A stretch of DNA of 64,000 nt, taken from contig CAVQBH010000009.1 in NCBI GenBank assembly GCA_963710685.1, positions 755,673 through 819,672 of the forward strand, read 5' to 3'. Numbering within the stretch: position 1 is the first letter of the stretch; every line of letters begins with the position of its first letter. Source of the DNA: an uncultured Methanomassiliicoccales archaeon. GTDB lineage: Archaea; Thermoplasmatota; Thermoplasmata; Methanomassiliicoccales; UBA472. Positions 41,114 through 50,711 of this stretch are shown here, one piece after another. The notes under the pieces were generated by a model. That model searched no databases and was not told the DNA's origin. It saw only the letters and a list, made by a program, of their open reading frames with translations. A program made the translations under genes and the position numbers.

Positions 41114-42322
41114 TCACTTCATTCGGTAGTAGAGGAAACCGGACCATATCTTGGGCCAGAAATAGGTCGACTTCTTGGGCATGACCCTTCCTCCCAGGGC
41201 CACCTGCCATATGGCCTCCAGATTGGGGGTGCTCAGTATGACGGCCATGTCCGCCTCGCCCTTCTGGATCTTGTCCCCCACGGAGATCGGGTCGTGGTCA
41301 TAGGCGATCTTGAAATCCTTACCCGCGTTCGGAACGATCACCTTGTCCAGCAGGACCTTCTCGCAAACGAAGGTGTCCACTGACCACATCATGTCGGTGG
41401 GGTCGGTTTCCCGGGGAACGAGCAGGATGTACCGCTCGTTCCTGGTCCACAGGCCCAACGCGGTTTCCTTGGACGCGGTAAGGGTGCTGATCATCTCCGG
41501 CAGCCGATCGAAGATGCGCAGGTAGAAGAACCCCTCCAGCCTGTTTATCAGGTCGTCCTCGCTGATCTCCATTCCGGAGAGGAGCCGGTGGGTCGGCCTC
41601 ACGATCAATCCCGGGTCGTTGGTCGAGATGAGCGTGGCCATGACGAACTGCTTGCGTTCGTCGGTCGGATTCTCCTGGGCGTACTTGACGGACGTCTCAT
41701 AGCGATGATGCCCGTCGGCGATAAGGAGCCTCTTGGCGCTAAGCTCGATCATCATCCTCTGGACCACTTTCGGTTCGGATATGCGTGAGAGCGAGTGTGT
41801 CACGCCTTGCCTTTCGGTCCATTCCAGGACCGGGACGGCGCTCTTTTCCATAGCGTTAATCAGGTCGGAGGGGAGCTCATCATAAAGGCAGAATATCGAT
41901 TCGCAATGTGTTTCCACTCCCCGCAGCAGGTTCAACCGGTCCTCCTTGACCTTGGAGAACGTTTCCTCATGTGGGATGACCCCTTCCCGGTCGTAACCCT
42001 CGGCCTTTAACGCCCCGATGATCCCGGTCCGGTGTACTTTCTCGAAATTCTCCGTGAAGGCCTGCCGGTATAGGTAGAACGATTCCTTCCCGTCCTTGAC
42101 CAACCTGCCCTCCGCGATCCACGAGTCCAGCCTCCTGCCGGCCTCCTCGTAATTGCCGTCGATGCCGCCCAGGGTGATGTTGGTGACGTTCAGCGGACGG
42201 GATTGAAGTTCCGCTAATTCCTCCTTCGAGATGACATCGTAGGGTGGGGATACCCGGTCGGTGACCTTTTCCTGCGCGCCGATGTTCGGGACATATCCCT
42301 GGAAAGGACGGAACTGGACCAT
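41114..42322 (-). CDS. DUF1015-family protein
   Basis: 402-aa ORF with N-terminus MVQFRPFQGYVPN...VSPPYDVISKEE, typical of DUF1015. Confidence 0.8.
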   Translation of the reverse strand: MVQFRPFQGYVPNIGAQEKVTDRVSPPYDVISKEELAELQSRPLNVTNITLGGIDGNYEEAGRRLDSWIAEGRLVKDGKESFYLYRQAFTENFEKVHRTGIIGALKAEGYDREGVIPHEETFSKVKEDRLNLLRGVETHCESIFCLYDELPSDLINAMEKSAVPVLEWTERQGVTHSLSRISEPKVVQRMMIELSAKRLLIADGHHRYETSVKYAQENPTDERKQFVMATLISTNDPGLIVRPTHRLLSGMEISEDDLINRLEGFFYLRIFDRLPEMISTLTASKETALGLWTRNERYILLVPRETDPTDMMWSVDTFVCEKVLLDKVIVPNAGKDFKIAYDHDPISVGDKIQKGEADMAVILSTPNLEAIWQVALGGRVMPKKSTYFWPKIWSGFLYYRMK

Positions 42323-42391
42323 TTAGAAAGCCTCATGCCGTTAGGGCCTTACCTTGGTTATATTGTTTTCATTCCCGGTTCTGCCACCGGT

Positions 42392-42664
42392 CTATCCGAT
42401 GGCATCCCGCAATGAAATGAACGCCTCGGCCTCGGACCTCTCCAGGTCCAGGATCCTCTTGCTCAGGTCCTCCGTGAGGTCCGCGGCCTTCTGACCGCTG
42501 AGTGATTCGAACTCCTCCCCGATGGTCCGCATGAGCTCAACGGCGATCTCCTGGCCGATCTTGCCGATCTCATCCCTGGCCTTCGGACCCTGCCGTTCGA
42601 ACAGTTCGTTCTTCTTCACCATCAGACGTCTCGATTGACCTAGGGGTTCCCAATCGTCTGGCAT
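42392..42664 (-). CDS. hypothetical small helical protein
   Basis: The ORF-track entry runs to 42823, but its upper part is antisense to metX-homologous sequence. ATG 42664 ([10 protein letters not shown]...) or ATG 42622 are more plausible starts. I recognise no family. Confidence 0.45.
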   Translation of the reverse strand: MPDDWEPLGQSRRLMVKKNELFERQGPKARDEIGKIGQEIAVELMRTIGEEFESLSGQKAADLTEDLSKRILDLERSEAEAFISLRDAIG

Positions 42665-42717
42665 CGCGGCCTTGGCTATCTCGGACCACCGCTTCCCGCA
42701 GTCCCTGAACTCCGACA

Positions 42718-43838
42718 GGTCCGTCCTCCGCGGACCCAGCCACGGGCAAGGCCCTACGGCATCCGGTTCCCGGTCGTCACCATCAAGCACATGGTGAGTG
42801 CGCAGAAGGCCCTGGTGGAACACCTCGGCATAGGCCGATTGTTCGCCGTTGCCGGCGGTTCGATGGGCGGGATGCAGGTCCTGCGGTGGTCGATCACCTA
42901 TCCGGAGAGAATGAAAAGGGCGGTGGTGATCGCTTCCAGCGCCTATTCCAGTCCACAGCAGATCGCCTTCAACGCGGTCGGCAGAAGGGCCATAATCACC
43001 GATCCAGAATGGAAGGAGGGTGATTATTACGGAAGGTCCTCCCCCCCTCCAATGGGCTTTCCTAGCCCCCCATGATCGGCCACATCACCTACCTTTCGGA
43101 CGAGTCGATGTACTTCGAGTTCGGGAGACGGCTGCAGGACAAGGCGACCATCGGCTACGATTTCAACACCGATTTCCAGGTGGAGAGTTATCTTTCCCAT
43201 CAGGGCGATTCATTCGTGAAGCGCTTCGATGCGAACTCGTACCTTTACATCACCAAGGCGATCGATTACTTTGACCTGAACCAGGAGGGGCTCCCTGATC
43301 CGAGGACTTTCCGGTGTGGGTTCAAACACGATGGTGATCGCCGTATCCTCGGACTGGCTGTATCCTCCGTACCAGTCCCAGGAAATTCGTCACCGCGCTG
43401 AGCGCGAACAACGTCAAGGTCAAGTACGCGGAGATAGAATCCTACTAAGGCCATGACGCATTTCTGGTGGAGCCAGGGCAGCTTAACTATTATCTGCGTC
43501 AATTCCTGGGACGCACCGTGGTGGCAGACCCGATGAGCATCAACGTGCCTACGGTCTCCGAGAGATCGACCATTCAGAACGCCGCCCGGATCATGCTCGA
43601 CAGCGAGGTCAACCACTTGCCGGTGTTGGAGGAGCAGGGAAGATTGGTTGGTATCGTGACCTCGTGGGATATCGCCCGGGCCGTCGCGCTGGGCTACTCC
43701 TCGTTGCTGGACATCATCTCCAAGCCGGTGCTCACGGCGAGGCCGGATGAGGAGCTCGAAGAGGCAGCCTCCCGAATGGAGCAATACCACATCAGCGCGC
43801 TTCCTGTCGTTAACGAGGACCAGAGGAGTTGGGGCTGA
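42718..43838 (+). pseudogene. metX: homoserine O-acetyltransferase (MetX) with C-terminal CBS pair, 5'-truncated and multiply frameshifted
   Basis: MetX motifs are scattered over three frames: [11 protein letters not shown] (42718-), [23 protein letters not shown] (frame of 42791), [24 protein letters not shown] (43072-), [18 protein letters not shown] (43334-) and VKVKYAEIESY-TAA-GHDAFL (stop at 43446-43448). The CBS region 43467-43838 follows. Confidence 0.8.
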
Positions 43839-43906
43839 TATCGATCGATAGGATGAGCGCGCTCTTCGGAGGCGTGGATTAGGCCTCTGAGAATAAATCG
43901 GTCGCG

Positions 43907-44449
43907 CTATCGGACCCGCTCTTTCAGCCGTTTCAGGGCGTACTCGGCCCCTTTGCTGACATAGAGACTCTTGTCGGCCACCAGCGATTCCAGCGGGGCG
44001 ATCGACCTCTCATCGACCAGACCCATGCGCTGGGCCAGCCGGCCGAGCGCCCAGGCGGCCATGCCCCTGACGGTGGCGGTTTGGTCCACCAATAGCGCCG
44101 TCAGCGGCTCCAGCTCTAATTCCGCGCCGAACTGATGGCCCGCCAGTTCACCGAGCGCCCAGGCAACATTCTCCCGGACCTCAGCATCTTCGTCCAAAAG
44201 GGCCGCCGCCAGATATTCCAGTTCGGACAGGTCGCCGATGCCCGACTGCGCCAGCTTTCCCAGGGACCAGGAGGCCATCTGGCGGCATTCCTCCGACCCT
44301 ACATCCAGAACGACCAGCAAAGGCGGCAGGGAGGAGAGTTCACCGGCATTGTCATGGGCCAGTTCCATTATCTCCCTGAGCGCTGTAGTTCTCCTCCCCT
44401 CGTCCTCCGAAAGGATGTCAGAGTTCAACCGCTTGATCGTGGGAGACAT
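43907..44449 (-). CDS. HEAT-repeat (PBS-lyase-type) protein
   Basis: 180-aa ORF with repeated VRxxAAWALGxLA-type units (VRENVAWALGELAG, VRGMAAWALGRLAQ). Confidence 0.8.
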   Translation of the reverse strand: MSPTIKRLNSDILSEDEGRRTTALREIMELAHDNAGELSSLPPLLVVLDVGSEECRQMASWSLGKLAQSGIGDLSELEYLAAALLDEDAEVRENVAWALGELAGHQFGAELELEPLTALLVDQTATVRGMAAWALGRLAQRMGLVDERSIAPLESLVADKSLYVSKGAEYALKRLKERVR

Positions 44450-44482
44450 TTTGCCGACCGGTTCACTGATTCCAGTGTCTGA

Positions 44483-44680
44483 TTATAGTTTCTTGGGAGG
44501 GACCGGTTTTTCCTTGTAGAACTCGCACATCCCATAGTCCATATCTGGATGGCATTCGCCATATTCATCCTTCATGCCCAGGGCGTCATGCCGGAAGCGT
44601 CGGGCCTTACAGTTGGCGCAACGGCCGTCCTGCGCGTGCCAGTGACATCGTTTCTTTCCGGAGATCTCCACCTCGGCCAT
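44483..44680 (-). CDS. Cys/His-rich miniprotein (65 aa), hypothetical
   Basis: MAEVEISGKKRCHWHAQDGRCANCKARRF...GECHPDMDYGMCEFY. It sits 18 nt after the ATPase gene and 33 nt before the HEAT gene on the same strand. Confidence 0.55.
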   Translation of the reverse strand: MAEVEISGKKRCHWHAQDGRCANCKARRFRHDALGMKDEYGECHPDMDYGMCEFYKEKPVPPKKL

Positions 44681-44698
44681 GGCAATGCAAGGATATCA

Positions 44699-46279
44699 TC
44701 AACGAAAATAAACATATCGAGAGTCGAAAACCAATCGTCCAGTGCCTTGACCTTCCATCATACGATGGGCACCAGGGCGATCTCCGGGAGGTCGTCCATC
44801 CCGGTCGACCACCAGCGCGTTGCATTCGGTGAACGGTTCAATGCAGTACACCACGGTCGTGCCCCCGATCCGGTCCAACCGGATGCGATGGGTCGCCAGG
44901 TCCACCAGTTTGTCCCTTGACCGGCTAGAGTGGGAGACGAATCCGACCAGTACCGCCTTGTTCCGCTTCACGGAGGAAAGATGGTCTGTGAAATGGTCCA
45001 TGACGTTCGGGCCGTAGATCGATTCCAGGGTGTCGAATCCTATGATGGACAGCAATGGCGCGGCAGTTCCCTTCAGCGAGAACGAAATCGATTTCCACCT
45101 CAGGTCCGCCTCCACATCAGTCCCCTCCACCGGCATGATGTAGGGGTCGTCGGCCCCCTCGATCTGTGATGCCACTTCCGGAATGCGGACCTGCCGGGAG
45201 AACCGTTCCTCGCCGATCGACCCGGCCATTCTCTCCCTGGCCCCCCCGGACGTCTCTTTCTTGGTCGGCAGCCAGAACACACCTCTCCCAAGTGCGGCAA
45301 AATTGGCCACCATCGCCTGCTCCATCAGATTGCAAGCTCCCGGCGGTACGTCCGGTCCAAGCTCGACCAGCACGATCGACCCCGGCGGCACGCCGTTTTG
45401 CATCATCCTGTCGAGGTCCTTCAGCCCCAGGGAAACCCTCCCGGACATGTCCGGGATTGGTGTCCACCTCCTTTTGATGACCATCGACTCAGGCCGGTCT
45501 GGGAACGTTCTGATCCTGGCTCCGTTCAGGGTGAAAAGGTATTTTGGTTGCCCTATCTGCGTCCCGCGCAGCTTGAGCAGGCTCATCTCCCGGAGCCGCC
45601 TCCGGTGATGGTCCGAGACGGAAAGCTCGATCACTCCGTCACCCAGATAGTCCAGGTACCGGTCGTTGCTCTCCAGTATGAAAATGAAATCGGCTCTCCG
45701 CCGTTCCACCATGTCCTTCTGTATCGTGGTGATCAGTGAAGCTTGGTTGATCCCGCAGGTCTCCGCCATGGCATCCACGCTGTCCAGGACGACCAGGGTC
45801 CTTTCGCTGCCGCACCGTTCCAGGGCCTCATAGATCTTCTCCAGAGGTTCAAGCTCGACCCTCGTCTGTTGCAGGTTCTGCCCCATCCTGAGGTTGATGC
45901 CCGTCCCCCACACCAGTTTCATACGGCTGAACCAGGGCCTCTTCGGTCCCTCGTTATCGTCTTCCGAGGCCGCCTTGGCGGCCACTTCCTGGACCAGTTC
46001 TTCCTCTTGTTTGCGCAGCATCTCGGCCCTGACGCTGTCCCCGATGTCCTCCCCGTACACCTTGTTCGCCAGCCAGGGGAATTGGGTAAGTAGGAGGGCG
46101 TCCGACACCCTCGTGGAGAAGTAGAAGGAATTGTCTATCTCGTCGATCTCCTCTATCGCTTGCAATGCAAATGTGGTCTTACCCACGCCCGCATTTCCAC
46201 GTAGGATAAGAGAATGACCGCCGGTAGCCAAAAAGAAGCGTCTGAGCTCCTCTGGCAGCATCCTTGAATTTTTTTCCAC
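44699..46279 (-). CDS. KaiC/RecA-superfamily ATPase, two-domain, GvpD-like
   Basis: Walker A GNAGVGKTT and Walker-B-like LVVLDSVD. The second RecA-like half lacks a P-loop (SIVLVELGPDVPPG). The start is GTG 46279 or ATG 46261. Confidence 0.8.
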   Translation of the reverse strand: MEKNSRMLPEELRRFFLATGGHSLILRGNAGVGKTTFALQAIEEIDEIDNSFYFSTRVSDALLLTQFPWLANKVYGEDIGDSVRAEMLRKQEEELVQEVAAKAASEDDNEGPKRPWFSRMKLVWGTGINLRMGQNLQQTRVELEPLEKIYEALERCGSERTLVVLDSVDAMAETCGINQASLITTIQKDMVERRRADFIFILESNDRYLDYLGDGVIELSVSDHHRRRLREMSLLKLRGTQIGQPKYLFTLNGARIRTFPDRPESMVIKRRWTPIPDMSGRVSLGLKDLDRMMQNGVPPGSIVLVELGPDVPPGACNLMEQAMVANFAALGRGVFWLPTKKETSGGARERMAGSIGEERFSRQVRIPEVASQIEGADDPYIMPVEGTDVEADLRWKSISFSLKGTAAPLLSIIGFDTLESIYGPNVMDHFTDHLSSVKRNKAVLVGFVSHSSRSRDKLVDLATHRIRLDRIGGTTVVYCIEPFTECNALVVDRDGRPPGDRPGAHRMMEGQGTGRLVFDSRYVYFR

Positions 46280-46305
46280 GAAGAACGACCCGCCTACGTT
46301 CTTCG
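46279..46305 (-). other. perfect 9-bp stem / 9-nt loop hairpin abutting the ATPase start codon
   Basis: CGAAGAACG (46279-46287) and CGTTCTTCG (46297-46305) are exact reverse complements. The hairpin is seen directly; its function is unknown. Confidence 0.5.
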
Positions 46306-46449
46306 TTCAGCCATTTCTGTGTATATATCTGCTGGTGCAAAAAATTCACTCTTTGATATCAACCAGTTCGCCGTTGTCAGACATCATATTGAGAAAGGTC
46401 GAAAGGGTTTGATGACCTTCGGGATCGAAGGCGGGTTCATTGATCGAGC

Positions 46450-47454
46450 TCAATCGCCCCAGATGGCCTCGAGGTTGACATGCCTCCGGACCAGGTCGGC
46501 GATGTGCTCGATCTTGTCCGTGTCGTTCGGGTTGATCCTGGCGATGAGGCGGTCCACCATTTCGGCGGTGACGGCGGTCGAATGGCCGACCAGCAGCACC
46601 GGTATCTTGAGCTCGTCGGCCTTGGACAGGACCTGCCTGGCCGGATAAAGGCCTCCCGAGAGGATAAGGCAGGACGTGTCGGTCGCCAGCGCCGCCGTCA
46701 GCATGTCCGCGCGGTCCCCTCCGGCGATCATGGCCTTTCGGGGCAGCCTGCGCATGTCCTTCATTGCCGATTCGGCGGTCATGCCGCCCACCATCACTTT
46801 CTCGATGATCCGTTCCAGGCCCTCCTCGCCCGCGAGCACCTCGGCGTTAAGCGCCTCGGCGATCTCGCTCACGTGCAGGTATCCCAGCTCCCGCGCCTCC
46901 GGGATGGATCCGAGGACTCTTACGCCTGCTCCTTCCAGCAACCTCTCCACAGCCGGGTCGTCCGATTTGTTCAGGATGACCCCCTTGAGCTTGATTCCCG
47001 CCTTCTCCATCAGCCTGGCATGGTGAGCTACCTTGTCCAGTGCATCCGGCTCGTCGGTCGCGATCAGCACGATGTCGGCACCGATCGCCTGTGCGATGCT
47101 CACTCCCTCTACCCGGTGAAGCGCACCGGTGGTGAAGAGCTGGGGCGATTCCACGATCATGAACTCGGCGTCACCCTTCACACGCTCGTATCCGGTGGTC
47201 ACGGCGTCCATGCTCACCGGGCTGAAAATGTCGTACTTCAGCGGCGACAGCATCTCCTCCGTGGGTTCCAGGTCCAGGACGTGCTTCATCAGGTAAGCGT
47301 CCCGGTCGACAACCCGGTTGTCGATGCAAAGGACATCCTCGCGGAACGGCTTGTAATAGCCGACCTTGCCCTTGTAGTTCTTTGCCAGGCCTAGCGCCAC
47401 CATGCTCTTTCCGGAGTTTTCGAACACCGAGCTTAGGAATAATGGTCTCATCAA
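46450..47454 (-). CDS. DRTGG-domain protein resembling the N-terminal (non-catalytic) half of phosphotransacetylase
   Basis: 334-aa ORF with a BioD/CobQ-like NTPase-fold N-terminus (SSVFENSGKSMVALGLA) and a DRTGG-type C-terminus (IAGGDRADMLTAAL). Its start overlaps the upstream acd stop by 4 nt. Confidence 0.8.
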   Translation of the reverse strand: MMRPLFLSSVFENSGKSMVALGLAKNYKGKVGYYKPFREDVLCIDNRVVDRDAYLMKHVLDLEPTEEMLSPLKYDIFSPVSMDAVTTGYERVKGDAEFMIVESPQLFTTGALHRVEGVSIAQAIGADIVLIATDEPDALDKVAHHARLMEKAGIKLKGVILNKSDDPAVERLLEGAGVRVLGSIPEARELGYLHVSEIAEALNAEVLAGEEGLERIIEKVMVGGMTAESAMKDMRRLPRKAMIAGGDRADMLTAALATDTSCLILSGGLYPARQVLSKADELKIPVLLVGHSTAVTAEMVDRLIARINPNDTDKIEHIADLVRRHVNLEAIWGD

Positions 47455-49547
47455 TTCACCCTCCTTACTGTCACCAGCGCGTCCACCGCGTAGCAGCCCT
47501 TACCTTCATCCCCCACCATCACCGGATTGACCTCCAGTTCGGAGATCTCGGGGAAATCGATCGCGATCTGTGAGATGCGGACCAGCGCCTCTTTCAAGGA
47601 GTGGACGTCCGCCATTTTCCCGCCCCTTGCACCAGTCAAGATGGGGTAGGATTTGATAGATTTTATCATCGATTCGACGTTATAAAGCGTTAGTGGAGCG
47701 ATACGTTGGGAGACGTCCTTCATGATCTCCACGAACACCCCTCCGAGGCCGAACGTTATGACGGGCCCGAACTGTTCGTCCCTGGTCATGCCCACCAGAA
47801 CTTCTTTGCCCTTGACCATCTGACACACGGTCACACCGTTGAGTTTGGCCCCTGGCACACGACTTGCCACCTTGGACATCATGAGCTCGAAGTCATTCCT
47901 GACCGCTTCCTCGGAGGCGGCACCGACGACGACTCCCCCGACATCCGACTTGTGCGCGATGTCCGGGGAATCGATCTTCAGAACCACCGGGAAACCGATC
48001 TTGGCGGCCGCCTTGGCCGCATCCTCTGCCGTTCTGGCGGTCACCTCCGCCGGCACTCCCACGCCGTACGCCTTCAGTATCTCCTTGCCTTCGCTCTCGC
48101 TCAGGGATGTCCTGCCCTCCGCATGGACCTTGTCCAGCACCTCTCTCACTTTATCTTTGTCCCCTTCGACGGTCAGGATGATGGTGTCATTGATCTCCTC
48201 TCTCATCTTCTTGTACCGGACCATCGCCCCCAGCGCCCGTATGGCCTTGTCGGGGGATTCGTAATTGGGGATGTTGGCCTCCCTCAGGGCGTCAATGCCC
48301 TTGGAGGTCTTGTGTCCGCCCACGAAGGCGGCCACGATCGGGATCGGGACCTGGCCAGCGAACGAAGAAACCAGGTGCGCGACCGCCGAAATGTCCACGG
48401 TATCGAGCGGGGACAGGAGGACCGCGATGCAGTGCACGTTGGGGTCTTCCATCACCGTCTTGATGGCGAACTCGTATCTGGCCGCCGTCGCGTCACCCAG
48501 CACGTCCACCGGGTTGTAGATGTTCGCCTCGCCTGGCAGGTACGCCTTGAGCTTGTCGATGGTCTCCTTGGAGAACTGTGCCAGCGTGAGCCCGTAGTCG
48601 GAACAGGCGTCGGCTGCCATGACACCATGACCGCCCGCATTGGTCACGATCGCCAGTCCGTCGCCCTTGGGCAATGGCATGTTGGCGAATACCTGGAGCA
48701 GGTCGAACATCTCATCGATCGTGTTCACCCGCATGATCCCAGACTGCCTGAAGGCGGCGTCGTACACCTTGTCGCTGCCGGACAATGCCCCGGTATGGGA
48801 TGAGGCGGCCTTCGAACCGCAGCTGGTCCTTCCCGATTTCAGCACGATGATCGGTTTCTGTCGGCTGGTCTTGAGGGCGGCCCTCATGAACGCCTTGCCC
48901 CGATTTGCCCCTTCTATGTACATCCCGATGACCTTGGTCTGATCGTCGTCCCTCAGGTAGGTCAGCAGGTCCGCCTCGTCAATGTCCACCTTGTTGCCGG
49001 TGCTGACGAACTTGGAGAAACCGACCTTGGACTTGGTGGCCCAATCCAGCATGGAACTGCACACCGCTCCTGACTGGGAGCTGATGGCGACCGGGCCAGC
49101 CTTTGGATAGATGTTCGTGAACGTCGCGTTCATGTGGTGATGGGCATTGATGATGCCCATGCAATTGGGCCCCAATATCCGGATGCCGTACTTCTTGCCG
49201 ATCTCGCCTATCTGTTTCTCTAGGTGGGCGCCTTCTTTTCCCAGTTCCTTGAAGCCTGCGGTGATGATGATGACATCTTTGATGCCCTTCTTTCCGGCGT
49301 CTTCAAGGACCGAAGGGACGAACGTGCTCGGAACCGTTATTATGGCCAAATCTATGGGATTAGGCACAGCAGTCAGAGTGGCGTAGGCCTTGTGGCCGAG
49401 GATCTCTGGAGCCTTCGGGTTTATCGGGTATAGTTCGCCCTCGAACCCCGATGCGATCAGATTCCTGAACATGATATGTCCGATCTTCCGCTCTTCCGCT
49501 GAGGCTCCGACCACGGCAATGGAATTTGGTTCGAATAGCGCCTTCAT
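47451..49547 (-). CDS. acd: ADP-forming acetyl-CoA synthetase (acetate--CoA ligase), fused alpha-beta
   Basis: MKALFEPNSIAVVGAS start, a succinyl-CoA-synthetase-like CoA-binding and ligase region, and an ATP-grasp C-terminus. The ORF-track extension to 49766 has no homology signal. Confidence 0.9.
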   Translation of the reverse strand: MKALFEPNSIAVVGASAEERKIGHIMFRNLIASGFEGELYPINPKAPEILGHKAYATLTAVPNPIDLAIITVPSTFVPSVLEDAGKKGIKDVIIITAGFKELGKEGAHLEKQIGEIGKKYGIRILGPNCMGIINAHHHMNATFTNIYPKAGPVAISSQSGAVCSSMLDWATKSKVGFSKFVSTGNKVDIDEADLLTYLRDDDQTKVIGMYIEGANRGKAFMRAALKTSRQKPIIVLKSGRTSCGSKAASSHTGALSGSDKVYDAAFRQSGIMRVNTIDEMFDLLQVFANMPLPKGDGLAIVTNAGGHGVMAADACSDYGLTLAQFSKETIDKLKAYLPGEANIYNPVDVLGDATAARYEFAIKTVMEDPNVHCIAVLLSPLDTVDISAVAHLVSSFAGQVPIPIVAAFVGGHKTSKGIDALREANIPNYESPDKAIRALGAMVRYKKMREEINDTIILTVEGDKDKVREVLDKVHAEGRTSLSESEGKEILKAYGVGVPAEVTARTAEDAAKAAAKIGFPVVLKIDSPDIAHKSDVGGVVVGAASEEAVRNDFELMMSKVASRVPGAKLNGVTVCQMVKGKEVLVGMTRDEQFGPVITFGLGGVFVEIMKDVSQRIAPLTLYNVESMIKSIKSYPILTGARGGKMADVHSLKEALVRISQIAIDFPEISELEVNPVMVGDEGKGCYAVDALVTVRRVN

Positions 49548-49905
49548 TTGATCACCTGTCGGATTGGATTTGCTCGCAAACGTGCAGGGGGAATTTAAAA
49601 TCTTCGGGGTTTGTACACTCCGGATAACGGCAGATGTCGATTTGGTCTGTATTCGACCACGATTTTCGTATTTGATTACGGGAATTCGGAGCCTATCCAA
49701 TCCTAGAAAATACCGGGTCGAACGCAAATCGGGAGCATCGACATGGTCCATCATTCCCGTTCTCAATTATCGGACGTTGTCGCCAAACGACGATTGACGA
49801 TGTCATCAGCCAAATTACCCCTCACATGAAATTACTTAACGATCGACCTGCACTTTCGCAGCACCTAGAAAAACGTTATTATCTTCCGGCCCGACTTGAC
49901 ATGCA

Positions 49906-50466
49906 ATGGACGACAAGTGCGGTTGTACATGGGCGAACAGTGATCCTGAGCTCAAGAAGTATCATGATCACGAATGGGGCCGACCGGTTCATGATGATAG
50001 GCTACTTTTCGAGTTCCTGATCCTCGAGGGGGCACAAGCAGGGTTGAGCTGGAAGACGGTCCTTCTGAAACGCGATGCGTATCGTAAAGCATTTGACAAT
50101 TTTGAGCCGTCCGTAGTGGCCCAATACGACGACAAGAAGACCAAGGAGCTGATGTCAAACGCCGGCATTATCAGGAACTGGCGTAAGATCGAGGCGGCGG
50201 TGAATAACGCGAAGGGCGTTCTTCAGATACAGAAAGAGTTCGGCAGTTTTGACAAGTATCTGTGGGATTTCGTAGGCGGAAAACCTCTGCGGAACGAGTA
50301 TGAGGGCATGGAAGGCATACCTACCGAATCAGCGGAATCAAGGGAACTCAGCAAGGACCTTAAGCGCAGAGGGTTCAGTTTTGTCGGCCCTACCATATGC
50401 TATTCCTTCATGCAGGCGGTCGGGCTGGTCAACGACCACGTGAAGGGATGTCCGCAACATGGGTAA
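49906..50466 (+). CDS. tag: DNA-3-methyladenine glycosylase I
   Basis: CGCTWA...YHDHEWG...LILEGAQAGLSW motifs. Local GC is visibly lower than in neighbouring genes. Confidence 0.9.
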   Translation: MDDKCGCTWANSDPELKKYHDHEWGRPVHDDRLLFEFLILEGAQAGLSWKTVLLKRDAYRKAFDNFEPSVVAQYDDKKTKELMSNAGIIRNWRKIEAAVNNAKGVLQIQKEFGSFDKYLWDFVGGKPLRNEYEGMEGIPTESAESRELSKDLKRRGFSFVGPTICYSFMQAVGLVNDHVKGCPQHG

Positions 50467-50711
50467 GGAAGGCATGCAAAACGTGCAAAGGACGTTGCTC
50501 GAGGGAATCAGACAGCGCTGACGGGCTGCTCCGGTCGATATTTGGATGCCTTCTTCCGTTTGCGGAGCGGCACAGGTAGGCTTCGGCTCCCCCGAGTCCG
50601 GTGGAGTCAAGCCGTCCCTCAGGACACGAACCTCGTTCAATCGACAACATTCGAATTTCTTTGGACCTAATCACCGATTCATTTTAATTCCAAAGGTTCT
50701 TCATTACATCG

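Noticed and set aside
43063-43065. An in-frame TAG inside the metX homology, considered as a possible pyrrolysine codon because the lineage might be Pyl-decoding.
   Set aside because: The gene also has several frameshifts, a TAA stop and a missing 5' end. MetX has no known Pyl position. Decay is the simpler explanation.
46346-46387. A 13-codon minus-strand mini-ORF (MMSDNGELVDIKE) between the DRTGG gene and the KaiC-like gene, considered as a possible leader peptide.
   Set aside because: It is too short to support from sequence alone. It has no obvious ribosome-binding site and I could not evaluate conservation.
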